NCBI GenBank assembly: GCA_000388065.2
Contig: KB932213.1
Reading direction: 5' to 3' (one strand)
Length of the DNA stretch: 50,035 nucleotides
Source: Fonticula alba ATCC 38817
Taxonomy: Eukaryota; Protista; Nucleariida
Position 1 is the first letter of the stretch. The number at the start of each line of letters is the position of its first letter. Both the position numbers and the translations under genes were made by a program. The notes beneath the pieces are model-generated. The model was not told the origin of the DNA, ran no database searches, and saw nothing but the letters and a program-made list of their open reading frames with translations. Shown in pieces: positions 1 to 10,548 of the stretch.

Positions 1-1536
1 CCCAACTGCAAGACGTGCCGCACCGGCCAGCCGCTGGTGTGCGTGGCCTGCCAGCCGGGCCTCCTCCTGACCCCGGACCGGCAGTGCCTCCCGCCGAACG
101 AGTGCCCGAAGGGCACCTTCCCCCACCCGGAGGCCGGGGCCTGCTTCGCATGCCAGCCCATGTGCGACACCTGCACCAGCGAAGCCCCACACAAGTGCCT
201 CGAATGCAGCCCCGCCATCCGGTCCTACCTCGTCCACGAGACGTGCTCCACCAGCTGCCCGGAGGACGGGCACTTCAGCCAATGGACCGGCAGCGACTTC
301 CTGTGTCCGGCCTGCTCCGAGGGGTGCAAGCTGTGCACGTCCGCCGACTGGTGCGACCTCTGCCAGGCCGGCCACACCCTGCACCAGGGGGCCTGCCTGC
401 CGGAGGGCGCCTGCCCGGCCGGGACCTTCACCAATGTCGGCACCTGCCGGGCATGCAGCGACGCATGCGCCACCTGCTTCGGCCCGGGGGCCACCCGCTG
501 CACCGGCTGCCCGGCCAACCAGGTCCTGTCCCTGGGCCAGTGCCTGGACGCCTGCCCAGTGGGCCAGGTCCTGTTCCTGGGCCAGTGCCTGGACACCTGC
601 CCGGCCGGCAGCGCCGACTACCAGGACGACGGGATGTGCCGGGCCTGCGCCGAGTCCTGCGCCCAGTGCACCGGCCCCGAGACCGACCAATGCACCGGCT
701 GCATGGAAGGCTTCCTGCAGGACTGGTCAACGGGCGAGTGCATGTCCGTCTGCCGGGATGGCTTCGGCCCGTCGGCCGACCAGAGCCGCTGCGAGCCTTG
801 CCATGGCAGCTGCGCCGGCTGTGCCGGCGGCACCGGCCCGGCCCACTGCACCGCGTGCGCCGACCCCGGGCATGTCCTCCAGCCGGGCGTCGGCTGCCTG
901 ACCGCCTGCCAGGCCGGCTTCTTCGTCGAGGCCGATGTCTGCTCCGGCTGCCACGAGACGTGCGCCGAGTGCGCGGGCCCGGCCGCGGCCCAGTGCACGG
1001 CCTGCTCGCCGGCCCGGCCGTTCCTCATCCCCGGCGCCGGCTGCCAGGCCACCTGCCCGAATGGCAGCTACCCCGAGGCCGGCGGGTCGTCTTGCGCGCC
1101 GTGCCATGCCGGCTGTGATGCCTGCACCGGCCCCGACGAGCGCGACTGCACCACTCCGGTGCCCGATGACAGCAGCGGCAGCGGTGGCAGCGGCAGCAGC
1201 GGCAGCAGCGGCAGCAGCGGCAGCAGCGGCAGCAGCAGCAGCGGCAGCAGCGGCAACGGTAGCGGCATCAGCGGTAGCGGCATCAGCGGTAGCAGCAGCA
1301 GCGGCAGCAGCGGCAGCAGCGGCAGCAGCGGCAACGGTAGCAGCGGCAGCAAGCCCTCCTCCGGCCGGAACAAGACCGCCCTGGCCATCGGCCTCGGGGT
1401 GGGCCTGTCGCTGCTGGTCATCCTCATCGTGGCCGCCGTGGTGGTGGTGTTCCTGCGGAAGGCCGCGGTCGGCCGCGGCGCCGGCAAGTCCGGCGCCAGT
1501 GCCGGGTCCATGGAGATGGACACCCTTGGAGCCTGA
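1..1536 (+). CDS. Furin-like Cys-rich repeat (CxxC, VSP-like) type-I membrane protein, no kinase domain; 5'-truncated by window edge
   Basis: Frame 1 is open from base 1 (PNCKTCRTG...) to TGA at 1534-1536. It has about 8 CxxCxxCxGP...C repeats, a Ser/Gly stalk, a TM segment (ALAIGLGVGLSLLVILIVAAVVVVFL) and a ~28-aa tail. No intron is evident. Confidence 0.9.
   Translation, partial: PNCKTCRTGQPLVCVACQPGLLLTPDRQCLPPNECPKGTFPHPEAGACFACQPMCDTCTSEAPHKCLECSPAIRSYLVHETCSTSCPEDGHFSQWTGSDFLCPACSEGCKLCTSADWCDLCQAGHTLHQGACLPEGACPAGTFTNVGTCRACSDACATCFGPGATRCTGCPANQVLSLGQCLDACPVGQVLFLGQCLDTCPAGSADYQDDGMCRACAESCAQCTGPETDQCTGCMEGFLQDWSTGECMSVCRDGFGPSADQSRCEPCHGSCAGCAGGTGPAHCTACADPGHVLQPGVGCLTACQAGFFVEADVCSGCHETCAECAGPAAAQCTACSPARPFLIPGAGCQATCPNGSYPEAGGSSCAPCHAGCDACTGPDERDCTTPVPDDSSGSGGSGSSGSSGSSGSSGSSSSGSSGNGSGISGSGISGSSSSGSSGSSGSSGNGSSGSKPSSGRNKTALAIGLGVGLSLLVILIVAAVVVVFLRKAAVGRGAGKSGASAGSMEMDTLGA
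520..609 (+). repeat. 45-bp diverged in-frame tandem duplication within the ectodomain
   Basis: 520-564 (QVLSLGQCLDACPVG) versus 565-609 (QVLFLGQCLDTCPAG); the copies differ by a few substitutions. Confidence 0.85.
1171..1350 (+). repeat. AGC/GGC trinucleotide-rich repeat encoding a Ser/Gly stalk
   Basis: Reiterated agcagcggc and ggcagcagcggcaacggtagc units translate to SSGSSG... Confidence 0.9.
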
Positions 1537-1984
1537 GCAGCCGCCCGCACATGGTGCAGCACGCCCGGCCCGCGTCGCGGATCGGCGCCCGCCGCGCGGG
1601 GCTGCCACCTGCGAGAGAGGGAACGAGAGCCATGCGCTCGCGCCGTGTGCCCCCTTCTCGAGCCCCCGGCGCAAGTGCCTTTCACCGCCGCCGCCGCCGC
1701 CGCCGCCGCCGTGCAATACACAACATGCTCGAAAGAAGCCGGAGCCCCTCGCCCGGGTGGATGGCCGGCCATTCGCTCGTTCATTCGTTCGTTCGTGGAC
1801 GACAGGGAGGGGGGGGGCGGAGGGGCGAGTGCACGCTGCGTGGTTGGATGCGGTGGGCAGGGCGGCCACTTTCGGTCGGCGGCGTGGCCGGCCCCCCGCG
1901 GCCCGGGGGGAGAGGGTGCCGGTGCCTGGTCGCGCGGCCAGGCCGCGGGGTTTTTATTTTTCCCGCCCCCTCCTCCGTGCACAA

Positions 1985-2057
1985 GCCTGTTTAGCTCAGT
2001 TGGTAGAGCATGGGACTCTTAATCCCAGGGTCGTGGGTTCGAGCCCCACAGTGGGCT
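1985..2057 (+). tRNA. trnK-CTT: tRNA-Lys (CTT)
   Basis: Cloverleaf GCCTGTT-TA-GCTC-AGTTGGTA-GAGC-A-TGGGA-CT[CTT]AA-TCCCA-GGGTC-GTGGG-TTCGAGC-CCCAC-AGTGGGC-T; 73 nt; intact A and B boxes. Confidence 0.97.
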
Positions 2058-2063
2058 GCTCCC

Positions 2064-2069
2064 TTTTTT
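2064..2069 (+). terminator. Pol III T6 terminator of tRNA-Lys
   Basis: TTTTTT 6 nt after the tRNA 3' end. Confidence 0.8.
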
Positions 2070-2548
2070 CGGCCGCAGCCCGTCCGCGCCCTGGCTTTCG
2101 GAGGGGCGCCGAAACAGAGAGAGAGGGCCCAGCTGCACCCTGGTGCCGGTGCCGGACGGCGCGCGCGCGCGCACACGCACACGCACCATGGCGCACAAAG
2201 ATGAGACCGCCCCAGCAGCACATGCCAAGCATGCCTCGCACGCACGGCGAGGAGCAGGGGGGGCGCCGCACCGGGGTGCCGCGCGCGACGAGCAGAGAGG
2301 GCCCGCCCATATGGCGCCGCCCGCCGGCCCGGCCCCCATGTGCTTTGCACTGTGGCCGAAAGAGCCACGCCAGACCCGACAGAGGGAGCCCGGCCCGGCT
2401 CCGACGCCCGGCCACGGCTGGGCCCCTCCTCCGACAAGACAGCACAAAAAAGGGGGCAGGACGCCTCCCATCGACAACACACTCACAGGGGGCATCGGGA
2501 GTGCGACCCCCCGCCCCCAGGCCGACTGGAGGGCCGTGCAGTGGAGCT

Positions 2549-2653
2549 GCCACAGATGCCGCCGCCACGGATGCCGCCGCCACGGATGCCGCCGCCACGG
2601 ATGCCGCCGCCACAGATGCCGCCGCCACAGATGCCGCCGCCACGGATGCCGCT
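2549..2653. repeat. 15-bp minisatellite, 7 copies (gccac[a/g]gatgccgcc)
   Basis: Head-to-tail units with no spacers; variant order A,G,G,G,A,A,G. Confidence 0.92.
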
Positions 2654-3404
2654 GCCCGAGGCCCAAGCGGGCTCCTTTTTTTCCTTTTCCGCGCGCCACG
2701 GCCACCGAGATACCGTACCCCGCCGGCCGGCCCCACGCCCGACGGGCCTGGCCACATGGGCGTCGCCGCCACGGCCGGGAGCATCCGGCTGCCGGCTCGG
2801 GGGCGCGGCCGTAGCGCGCGGCCCTGCCCCGGTGGCTTCGGTGGACCGGCGACCCGCGGCCGGCAGAAAGTGCCCCGTGCGGGCCCCCCGCAGACCGGCC
2901 AGCGGCAACGCCGCCCCCCAGCTCGCATGGCCCGATGCGCGCCATTGGGGCCGGAGGGCGGCAAATCGCGCACCCGCCGGTCGCCATCGGCTCGCGCACC
3001 TCGGGGAGTGCCCTCGGCTCGGGGGCCGGCTGCGCAGCGCAGCGCCAGCACGGCGTGCCGGGCCGCCCCGCAGCAAGTCGATCGCGCCGCATCCGGCCTC
3101 CCCCGCCACCCCGGCCAGCGCCACGGCGGCCACAGCCCACAGACAGGCACATGGGTGCTTGGCCAGGGGCGGGGCCGGGGGCCCGCGCCGGACGGGCGGG
3201 TCGGCCGGCGGGGCGGACCACGCCGGGGCAGTGGCGCCGTGCCGGTCCCCGGCCGGCTGCAGCGCCGGCTGGCAGCCCTCCAGGCGGCTGCGCTACACAC
3301 CGATCCGGCCCCCCGCCAGGGCACACATGCCGGCACACTTGAGGATCCCGACGGCCGGGGGCGGCTCCGGGGGCAGACTGCCCGCTTGGTGGGCCCGGCC
3401 TCGG

Positions 3405-3435
<31 letters not shown>

Positions 3436-3833
3436 ATTGACTGACACGCGGCCGGCCTCGCGCAGGCAGCCACCTGCATGGAGGAGGGTGGGGCGCAAAA
3501 AAGGCACTTGTGGAAGGGGCAAAAAAAAAGAGAGGCACCCACACGAAGGGCCGGGCGGAGAGGGAGGCGGCGACGGGAGGCGCTTGGCCACGCGCAGCCA
3601 GACACGGCCGCCTTCGGGCAGCCTCAAATGCTGTGCCGGCCGAGCGTCTGTACGCGGTTGCCCGGGGACCGGGGGGCCCAACCCGTTCCGGGGTGTCCTG
3701 CCCCCTCTGGGGCGCCCGGCTCGCAAGGGCACCAAGAACGGCCCCTCGCCCGCCCGCCCGCCGTGGCCCCTCCGGATGCCCGAACGCCCGAGCATTTTAG
3801 GAGCCGCGCGCGAGGGGCGCTCAGCACAGGGGC

Positions 3834-3906
3834 GCCGCGATAGCTCAGTTGGGAGAGCGTGTGACTGAAGATCACAAGGTCACCAGTTCAATCCTGGTTC
3901 GCGGCA
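3834..3906 (+). tRNA. trnF-GAA: tRNA-Phe (GAA)
   Basis: GCCGCGA...TGTGA-CT[GAA]GA-TCACA...ACCAG-TTCAATC-CTGGT-TCGCGGC-A; 73 nt; T6 terminator at 3915-3920. Confidence 0.97.
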
Positions 3907-5159
3907 TCCAGCTCTTTTTTGCTGCCGGGGCAGGGAGCAAAAGGCCAACGCCCCGGCAAGGGCCCCCCCCCCCCCTCTCGGCCTGCTCTCTCCCTGCTCT
4001 CGAGTCCGCGGGCACGAGGCCGAGCAGGGACCGCGGCCGGGCCGCGAATCACGCCACGGCCCCATGGGAGCACGTGAGGCATTTCCGCGAGGAGCACCCG
4101 GCCGAAAGGGGCATCGCCCGAAAGTGCGGTGGGTGGTGCTCCCTCTCCCCTGCCCCCTTGGGCGGGGCACTTTTTGTCTCGACCATTTGGGAACGCCCAC
4201 CGTGCTGGGCGCCATTTTTGCCCGGCTATGGCCCCTGTTATTATGGCTCCGCCGCCCATCCGCGCTCAGGGGGGGGGGGGGTCGGAAAAGGCACCCCGCG
4301 CCCTGTGTGTCCGCGTGTCTGGCGCGTCCGTGTGTCTGGCGCGTCCGTGCGTCCGTGCGTCCGTCGGTGCGTGTGTGCGGCCCCCTTTCCCCCCCCGCGC
4401 CCCGGCGGGGTGCGAGATGGCGGCGGGCGCAGGCACGCAGACCGGGCACCGGGGGCTGCTGGCATGCCCGCGCCTCCGGCCGAGGTCGGCTGCCGGCAGG
4501 TTGGCGCATCGGCGCAGTTGGGGCCCGGCCGCGCCCGGGGGTGGGGCCCGCCCGGGCCGGCTAGTCGGCCGCCCGGCCCTGGGGCCGCCCCCGGACCGCC
4601 CCCTCTGGACAGGCGTGGGGGGAACCCACGGCCGGGCCCGGCCGGGAATATAGACCAGGCCCGGGAAGCACCCCGGCATCGGCGACCGGGGCGATGGCTT
4701 GCGCCCGGGCCCGGCCAAATTTCCCTTCGCCGGCCAACACCCATTTCCGTATGCGCCAGCCCGGCTGTGTGCCCCATCTCCCCGACCATGGCAAGGCGCG
4801 CGCGATCGCCCCTGTCGGCCCCTCCCTCCTCGCCGGAGGGGGGCGGGGACACCGCTGCTCCGGGGCCGCATACGCCCGATCTGCCCCCCCCCCCGGCTAC
4901 TCCTTGGGGCACGACCGNNNNNNNNNNNNNNNNNNNNNNNNNNNNNNNNNNNNNNNNNNNNNNNNNNNNNNNNNNNNNNNNNNNNNNNNNNNNNNNNNNN
5001 NNNNNNNNNNNNNNNNNNNNNNNNNNNNNNNNNNNNNNNNNNNNNNNNNNNNNNNNNNNNNNNNNNNNNNNNNNNNNNNNNNNNNNNNNNNNNNNNNNNN
5101 NNNNNNNNNNNNNNNNNNNNNCCCCCCCCCCGTTCACTTCGCCCCACCGCAGCCCATCC

Positions 5160-5925
5160 ATGAGCAAGTCCCTGAGAGACCCGGTGGTCATCCACCTCCT
5201 TGGCGACAAGGGCGTCGGCCGGTCGACATTCATCCGGTCGCTGGCCGGGCCGGATTATTACACCACGCGCCGGCGGTTGGCCTCTTTCTCCTCCTCTTCC
5301 TCCTCCGGCTCTGACGACGACGAGGACAACCTCGACGACAAGGACGCCGCCCCCGGGCATGTGAGCCTCTCAATGTACACGAGCTACGGCGTGGTCACGG
5401 TCCATTTGCACGAGACACCCAATGGCCTCTTCGAGGGCCCCCTCCGGTCGGAACTCTACCTGGATGCCGACGCCGTGCTGCTGATGGCAGCCGCCGACAT
5501 GCCGGACTCGCTGGAAAGCGTCGGCCAGCAGGTGCGTCCCTTCGCGGGGGCCCGGGGCCCCGCCAAATGCCCGGCTCTTGGGCGGCTGGCCCATGCTAAC
5601 CCTCTCGCCCGCGCAGTGGTACCACGACCTCCTGCGAAACATCCCGGAGTGTCGGCGCTTCCTGATCCTGTCCAAGGCCCACCTGCAGGCGGACAAGGCC
5701 GTCATAGACCGGCTGGCCCGGCGCTACCGGCGTCCTGTCACCCTGGAGGCCTGCCAGGAGCTGGCCACCGCCAAGGGCTTCACCACCACCCTCGAGTGGG
5801 ACAAGAACATGCTCGACGACCGGTTCGCCTTCCTGAAGCCCGTGGTGGAGTACGTCCTGCACGACCGCCGGCACGGCCGGCCGTCCGACAAGCACCAGGA
5901 CACCGGCAAATGCGTGGTGCTCTGA
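5160..5925 (+). CDS. Atypical Rho-family (Rac/Cdc42-like) small GTPase with degenerate G-motifs and C-terminal CAAX (CVVL); join(5160..5531,5617..5925), 226 aa
   Basis: Intron 5532-5616 has GTGCGT...CTAAC...GCAG. P-loop is GDKGVGRS. PDSLESVGQQWYHDL resembles Rac PASFENVRAKWYPEV. There is a Rho-insert-like helix (DKAVIDRLARRYRRPVTLE) and the protein ends GKCVVL*. Family assignment is by recalled motifs only. Confidence 0.75.
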
Positions 5926-6488
5926 TCGCCGGGCGCCCGACCGGCCCGGCCGAAATACACCTCGCTACTGGGCGGCTCTTCTGGCGTGCGGCCACGCGGG
6001 GGGGGGGGGTCCTACTGTACGCGGGGGCTGCAGGGAGCATGGTGCCCGGGGGCCGAGGCAGGGAGCCGTGCCTTTGGAAGCTGAGACGGGCTTTTTTTCT
6101 TTTTTTTTTGCGTCTCCGCGTAGATGCCACATGGCTCTGTCAGCGGGGGGGGGGGAGCAGGGCGGCGACGGGCAGAGGCGTCCCTAGGGACCCGGCGAGG
6201 CCTGTGAAAAACAGCCCTGGCCCGGGTGCCCAGGAGGAGAGGCAGCGGCCACAAGCCAGCGCGACACATGCCTGTTGGAGTGGGGAGAAAGAAAAAAATA
6301 AAAAGAACCACCCCGGATGTGTCCTGCCAGTGTAAACCCCCAGAATGGCGGAGCGCCGATGTGTGGGTCGATTATTTTCGCGGCCCTTTCGCGGGTTCTC
6401 CCCATGCGCGCGCGCGCGCGCGCCAGGCGCGGGGTGCCTGGAAGGCGCCCCAAACAAAGGCCCTTTCGTCGGCAGCACCACCGTACCC

Positions 6489-6560
6489 GGTTGAGTGGTG
6501 TAATGGTTATCACGGCAGACTCTGAATCTGTCAATCCGAGTTCGATTCTCGGCTCGACCT
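6489..6560 (+). tRNA. trnQ-CTG: tRNA-Gln (CTG)
   Basis: GGTTGAG...GCAGA-CT[CTG]AA-TCTGT...CCGAG-TTCGATT-CTCGG-CTCGACC-T; 72 nt; T6 terminator at 6566-6571. Confidence 0.96.
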
Positions 6561-7293
6561 TCCTCTTTTTTGGGCCCCGGCCGCCAACCAGCGTGACCGC
6601 CCTCTCACATCTCATCGGAGAGGGCCGGGGGGGGGGGGCCACAAACACACAAGCGCACGCCGGGCTCACATGCGCGCATCTGCGGGAGGGCCCCCCCATG
6701 CGCCCCCCCCCCCCCTCCCCCCGGTGGAGGACCGAGCTGATGGGGGATCGGCGCCGGGCCAGGCACCTGCCTGGCTGGTTGTTCCGGCGCCCGGGCGGCC
6801 TGCCTCTTTTGGCGCCCCCGGGCCGGAGAGGGACAACAACATCCCGGCACCCTTGGTCCCTTCGGGTAACAGCGCCCCCCCCCCCCCCCCCCCCGGGCGG
6901 CGGCACGTTTGTTGGCATGGCCCGCTCGGGGGGCTGCGACCTAGCTGATGTCCGGGCCCGGCGCTCTTGCCGGGGCGGGGATCTCCGCGCGCAGACGCCC
7001 AGACGCACGCACGCACGCCCAGACGCACGCACGCANNNNNNNNNNNNNNNNNNNNNNNNNNNNNNNNNNNNNNNNNNNNNNNNNNNNNNNNNNNNNNNNN
7101 NNNNNNNNNNNNNNNNNNNNNNNNNNNNNNNNNNNNNNNNNNNNNNNNNNNNNNNNNNNNNNNNNNNNNNNNNNNNNNNNNNNNNNNNNNNNNNNNNNNN
7201 NNNNNNNNNNNNNNNNNNNNNNNNNNNNNNNNNNNNNNNNNNNNNNNNNNNNNNNNNNNNNNNNNNNNNNNNNNNNNNNNNNNNNNNNNNNNT

Positions 7294-7328
<35 letters not shown>

Positions 7329-7344
7329 GCCGCCCGGATCAGCC

Positions 7345-10301
7345 ATGGCCCGAAGACGCCGCGCGAAAAAGGCCCAGGCCGACCCCTCCGATGGGGCCCT
7401 GCCTCCCGGGGCCGCCACGCCGAGGGCGACCGTGGTCGTCACCCCGCCCCGGGACCTTGTCATTCGGTACGTCTGCCCGCGCGGCCTGCTCGCCTGCCAG
7501 CTGGCCCCCGGCACCCGACTCACCGCTTCGGCCCGCCCCCCGGCCGCGGGCCGCCAGGTACCACCTGCGCTACACCGGGCCCATGGTGCTGCTGGCCCTC
7601 CTGTTCGCCGGGCTCCTGGCCGGCCAGGTGCTCCTCTACCAGAGGCGCCCGCTCATGCCGCTGACCGCCGCCCCGGCCATCCCGCAGCATGGCATCCTGC
7701 CATACAGCTCGCCGGACCAGGCCAACAAGGGCATCATCGTGGACGGCGTCCACCGGGCCTGGTGGCTGGAGTTCGGCGCGCCGGCCAACAGCACCGTCTC
7801 CGGCGATGCGGCCTTCCGCGTGCCGGCGCTCGCGTCCAACGAGCACTTCGCCGAGAGTGTCTGGCTCCCGGCCCGGGCCAATGTGACCGTCGTCATGGCG
7901 CTCGCCCCGGACTCGGGATCGGGGGCCGGCGCCGATGGGGCCGGTGCCCCGGGCGCCAGCAGCTCCCCGGGCCGCGGCCCTCCCTCCGGCCGGGCTTCCG
8001 AAGCCCCGGCCTGCCCGGTGAATCTCTTCCTGATCCCCGGGCGCCAGGCCTACCGGGACTGGCGCCAGGGGCTGGCATGGCCGGATGCGGCGCTCCTGCT
8101 GCCGCTGGCCGCCAGCCCGACGGTGCACAGCCTGACCCATGTGCCCGGCGCCGGGGATTACTTCACCTTCGTGGCCCATGTGGACCCGTGGGCCGTGGCC
8201 GGGCTGCCCTGCCGGCTCTCGGCCTCCCTTCACATTCAGCTCTCCTGGACCGGCGACCATCCGCGCCTGGCGCCGGAGCGCATGCTCACCCCGGGGCTGA
8301 CCTACAGGCTGCCACGCTGCCAGCTGTTTCTCCAGTCGGCCGGGCCGCACGCCGACCCGGCCGTTCGCCTGGTCGGGTCCAAGACCCTGGTCGTCTGCCT
8401 GGGCCTGCTGTGCGCCCTGCTGACCCTGGGCACTGTGGTGGCCTGCTGTGTGATGGCCAAGCGCCGGAAGCCGGCCCTTCAGCGGGCCTTCCGCCAGGAG
8501 GTCATCGATCTGGAGCTGGCCCGGATGGAGGCCCGGCCGCCGGTCGCCCACCTGCCCCTGCCGGAGCCGACTTCCCGGGCCTTCACCGGGCGCCTGAAGG
8601 TGCCCCGCCATGATGAGCAGCACCGGCTCCTGGAGCACCTGCCCCGGCATTTCGACTTCCTCCGCCAGTGCCTCGGCCTGGTCACGGTTTGCAAGCAGGG
8701 TGCGCACGGCGGCCTGTGGCCTTCCGCCCCGCGCGGGGGGAGCCCCGGCGTCGCGTCGATGTCTTCTGTTTGTTTTTTCTTGCTTTTGCTCCCACCTCCG
8801 CAGCGGCTTTGTTTCTAACGCCCGTGCCGCTGCCACCGCTGTCGCACGCCGCCTCGTCGCACGCCGCCTCATCGCATGCCGCGTCATCGCACGCCGCCTC
8901 GTCGCATGCCGCCTCATCGCACGCCGCCTCATCGCACGCCGCCTCGTCGCACGCCGCCTCGTCGCACGCCGCCTCGTCGCACGCCGCCTCGTCGCACGCT
9001 GCGTCGTCGCACGCCGTCTCGTCGCACGCCACGCACGCCGTCCCATCACACGCCGCACACGCCGTCCCATCACACGCCGCACACGCCGTCCCATCACACG
9101 CCGCGCACGCCGCCTCGTCTCACGGCCCTCTCCTCGCGCCGCCCCGACACCCGCTGCTCAGACTTCCGACGGCTCGTCGACACGGTGGCCAGCTTCCCAC
9201 CGCCGCGAGACGCCTGCGTGGACTTCTTCAACTCGCGGGAATACAGCCAAACCAGCATCATCCACACGCGCATCGTCTGCCAGCTGAACCACCTGGCCCC
9301 GCTGCTGCGGGCCGTCCTGGTGCAGAATAACCTCACCCCGGAGCGGGCGCGCGACCCGCTGCGGCTGTATCTGTTCGAGTGCGTGAGCTCTCGCGGCCAT
9401 GCTGTCCCCCTTGGCCTCGCGCCAGGCCCGATGCGCGCCCCCCCCCCTCCGCCCCCTGAATGCCCGGTCTGCCCTGCTCACTGACACGACCCGCCATGCT
9501 CGCCCGCCGCCCGCCTCCCGGTGCCCTTCCAGCGACCTGCCGGAGCTGCGGCATCGTGTGTTTGAGCTTTCCCTGCGGTTTGCCCTCTTCGAGCAGCTGC
9601 GCGCCGGCAAGCTCATCAGCACGTCGTCCGATGGCGATTTCGCCTTCTGGAAGGCCGGGGCCCTGGGCCCGGACAAACTCCAGGAGCTGCACACGTGCGT
9701 CGGGCGGCTGACCGACTCGCCGCTGGATTGGGACGCCGCCATGGGGGCCATTTTCTCGGACACCTTGCGGCCCCCGGCCCACAACGCCGACGACCAGCAG
9801 ACCGTGTACCTGCACCCGGGGCAGCTGGGCATCCCCTCGGGCCCCGGGGCAATGACCCCGGTGGCCGTCCGGCTGCCGCCTCGACCTGCCGAGCCGCCCC
9901 CCCAGCCCGGAGCCCAGTCCTCCAAGGAGGCCAGCTTCTTCGGCCGCGGGAATGTCGTCAGCCCGGCCCTGGTTACCGAGCAGCCGGTGCCGGAATTCGC
10001 GCCGCCCTCCTACTACGAGACCACCTCCACGTCCTGGACGCCGCTCTTCAGTGACTTCTTGCCGACCGGCCGGCGCGAGCACACCTACTTCCCGCTGGCC
10101 GACCCGCTGGTGGAGCACCCCTCGGCCCCGGCAGCGCCAAGCCGGCGGCGCTTCGGGCGGACGCGCTACGCGCGGCTCTTCGACCTGCCGGACTACCCGT
10201 ACGCCGAGGATCACCACCACCATGACTCCGGCCGCCACTTCGGCGGCGACCCCCACTCGGGCATGGATGATGATGATGATGACGGCGACATGGACGACTG
10301 A
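7345..10301 (+). CDS. Hypothetical 2-TM membrane protein (luminal domain, ~350-aa cytoplasmic region, His/Asp-rich C-terminus); join(7345..7466,7558..8699,9162..9378,9533..10301), 749 aa
   Basis: Three GT-AG introns with compatible phases (2,1,2); total 2250 nt. Hydrophobic segments MVLLALLFAGLLAGQVLLY and LVVCLGLLCALLTLGTVVACCVM. Function not recognised. Confidence 0.75.
8841..9122. repeat. Intronic minisatellite: ~12 x 15-bp (gtcgcacgccgcctc) followed by ~3 x 24-bp (cacgccgtcccatcacacgccgca)
   Basis: Direct tandem repeats inside intron 8700-9161 of the 7345 gene. Confidence 0.9.
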
Positions 10302-10548
10302 GATGCATGCGCACATGCAGCCATCCCCAATGCATCTGCCTGTGGCGATCGTGGTGTCGATTCTGCCCCCTGTCATGCCAGCTCCCGGCAGGGAGGGCCG
10401 CGGGGCGCAGGGGAGGGGAGGGGGAAGAAAGGACAGAAATCTATTGGTTGCATGTGTGGGCACATGTCCTCGCGCTCGCGGGCGAGCAAGCAGGCGGAGG
10501 GGGGGGGGGGCCAAGGGCCGGGGCTGGCCCGGTCGACGGCGGGCGCGG

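Noticed and set aside
1536-1980. Downstream kinase exons for the first furin-repeat gene
   Set aside because: The ORF stops cleanly after the TM tail, no donor or kinase motifs follow, and a tRNA gene lies 450 nt downstream.
2549-2653. Short repeat arrays (also 8841-9122) as possible CRISPR
   Set aside because: Head-to-tail units with no unique spacers, no cas genes, and a eukaryotic context.
935-3868. 977-aa ORF and many other long Pro/Arg/Gly/Ala-rich six-frame ORFs (e.g. 1996..3795, 17967..20348 as an intact gene, 25155..27113, 29257..31974)
   Set aside because: Stop codons are rare at this GC content. These ORFs run through tRNAs, homopolymers, gaps or antisense to real exons and show no domain-like sequence.
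4873-4882. GCCCGATCT as a 5S rRNA fragment
   Set aside because: A 9-nt match only; the flanks bear no resemblance to 5S.
5160-5925. Ran GTPase identity (MYTSYGVVTV resembles Ran FHTNRGPIKF)
   Set aside because: The C-terminal half matches Rac/Rho better (WY motif, Rho insert, CAAX) and lacks the Ran acidic DEDDDL tail.
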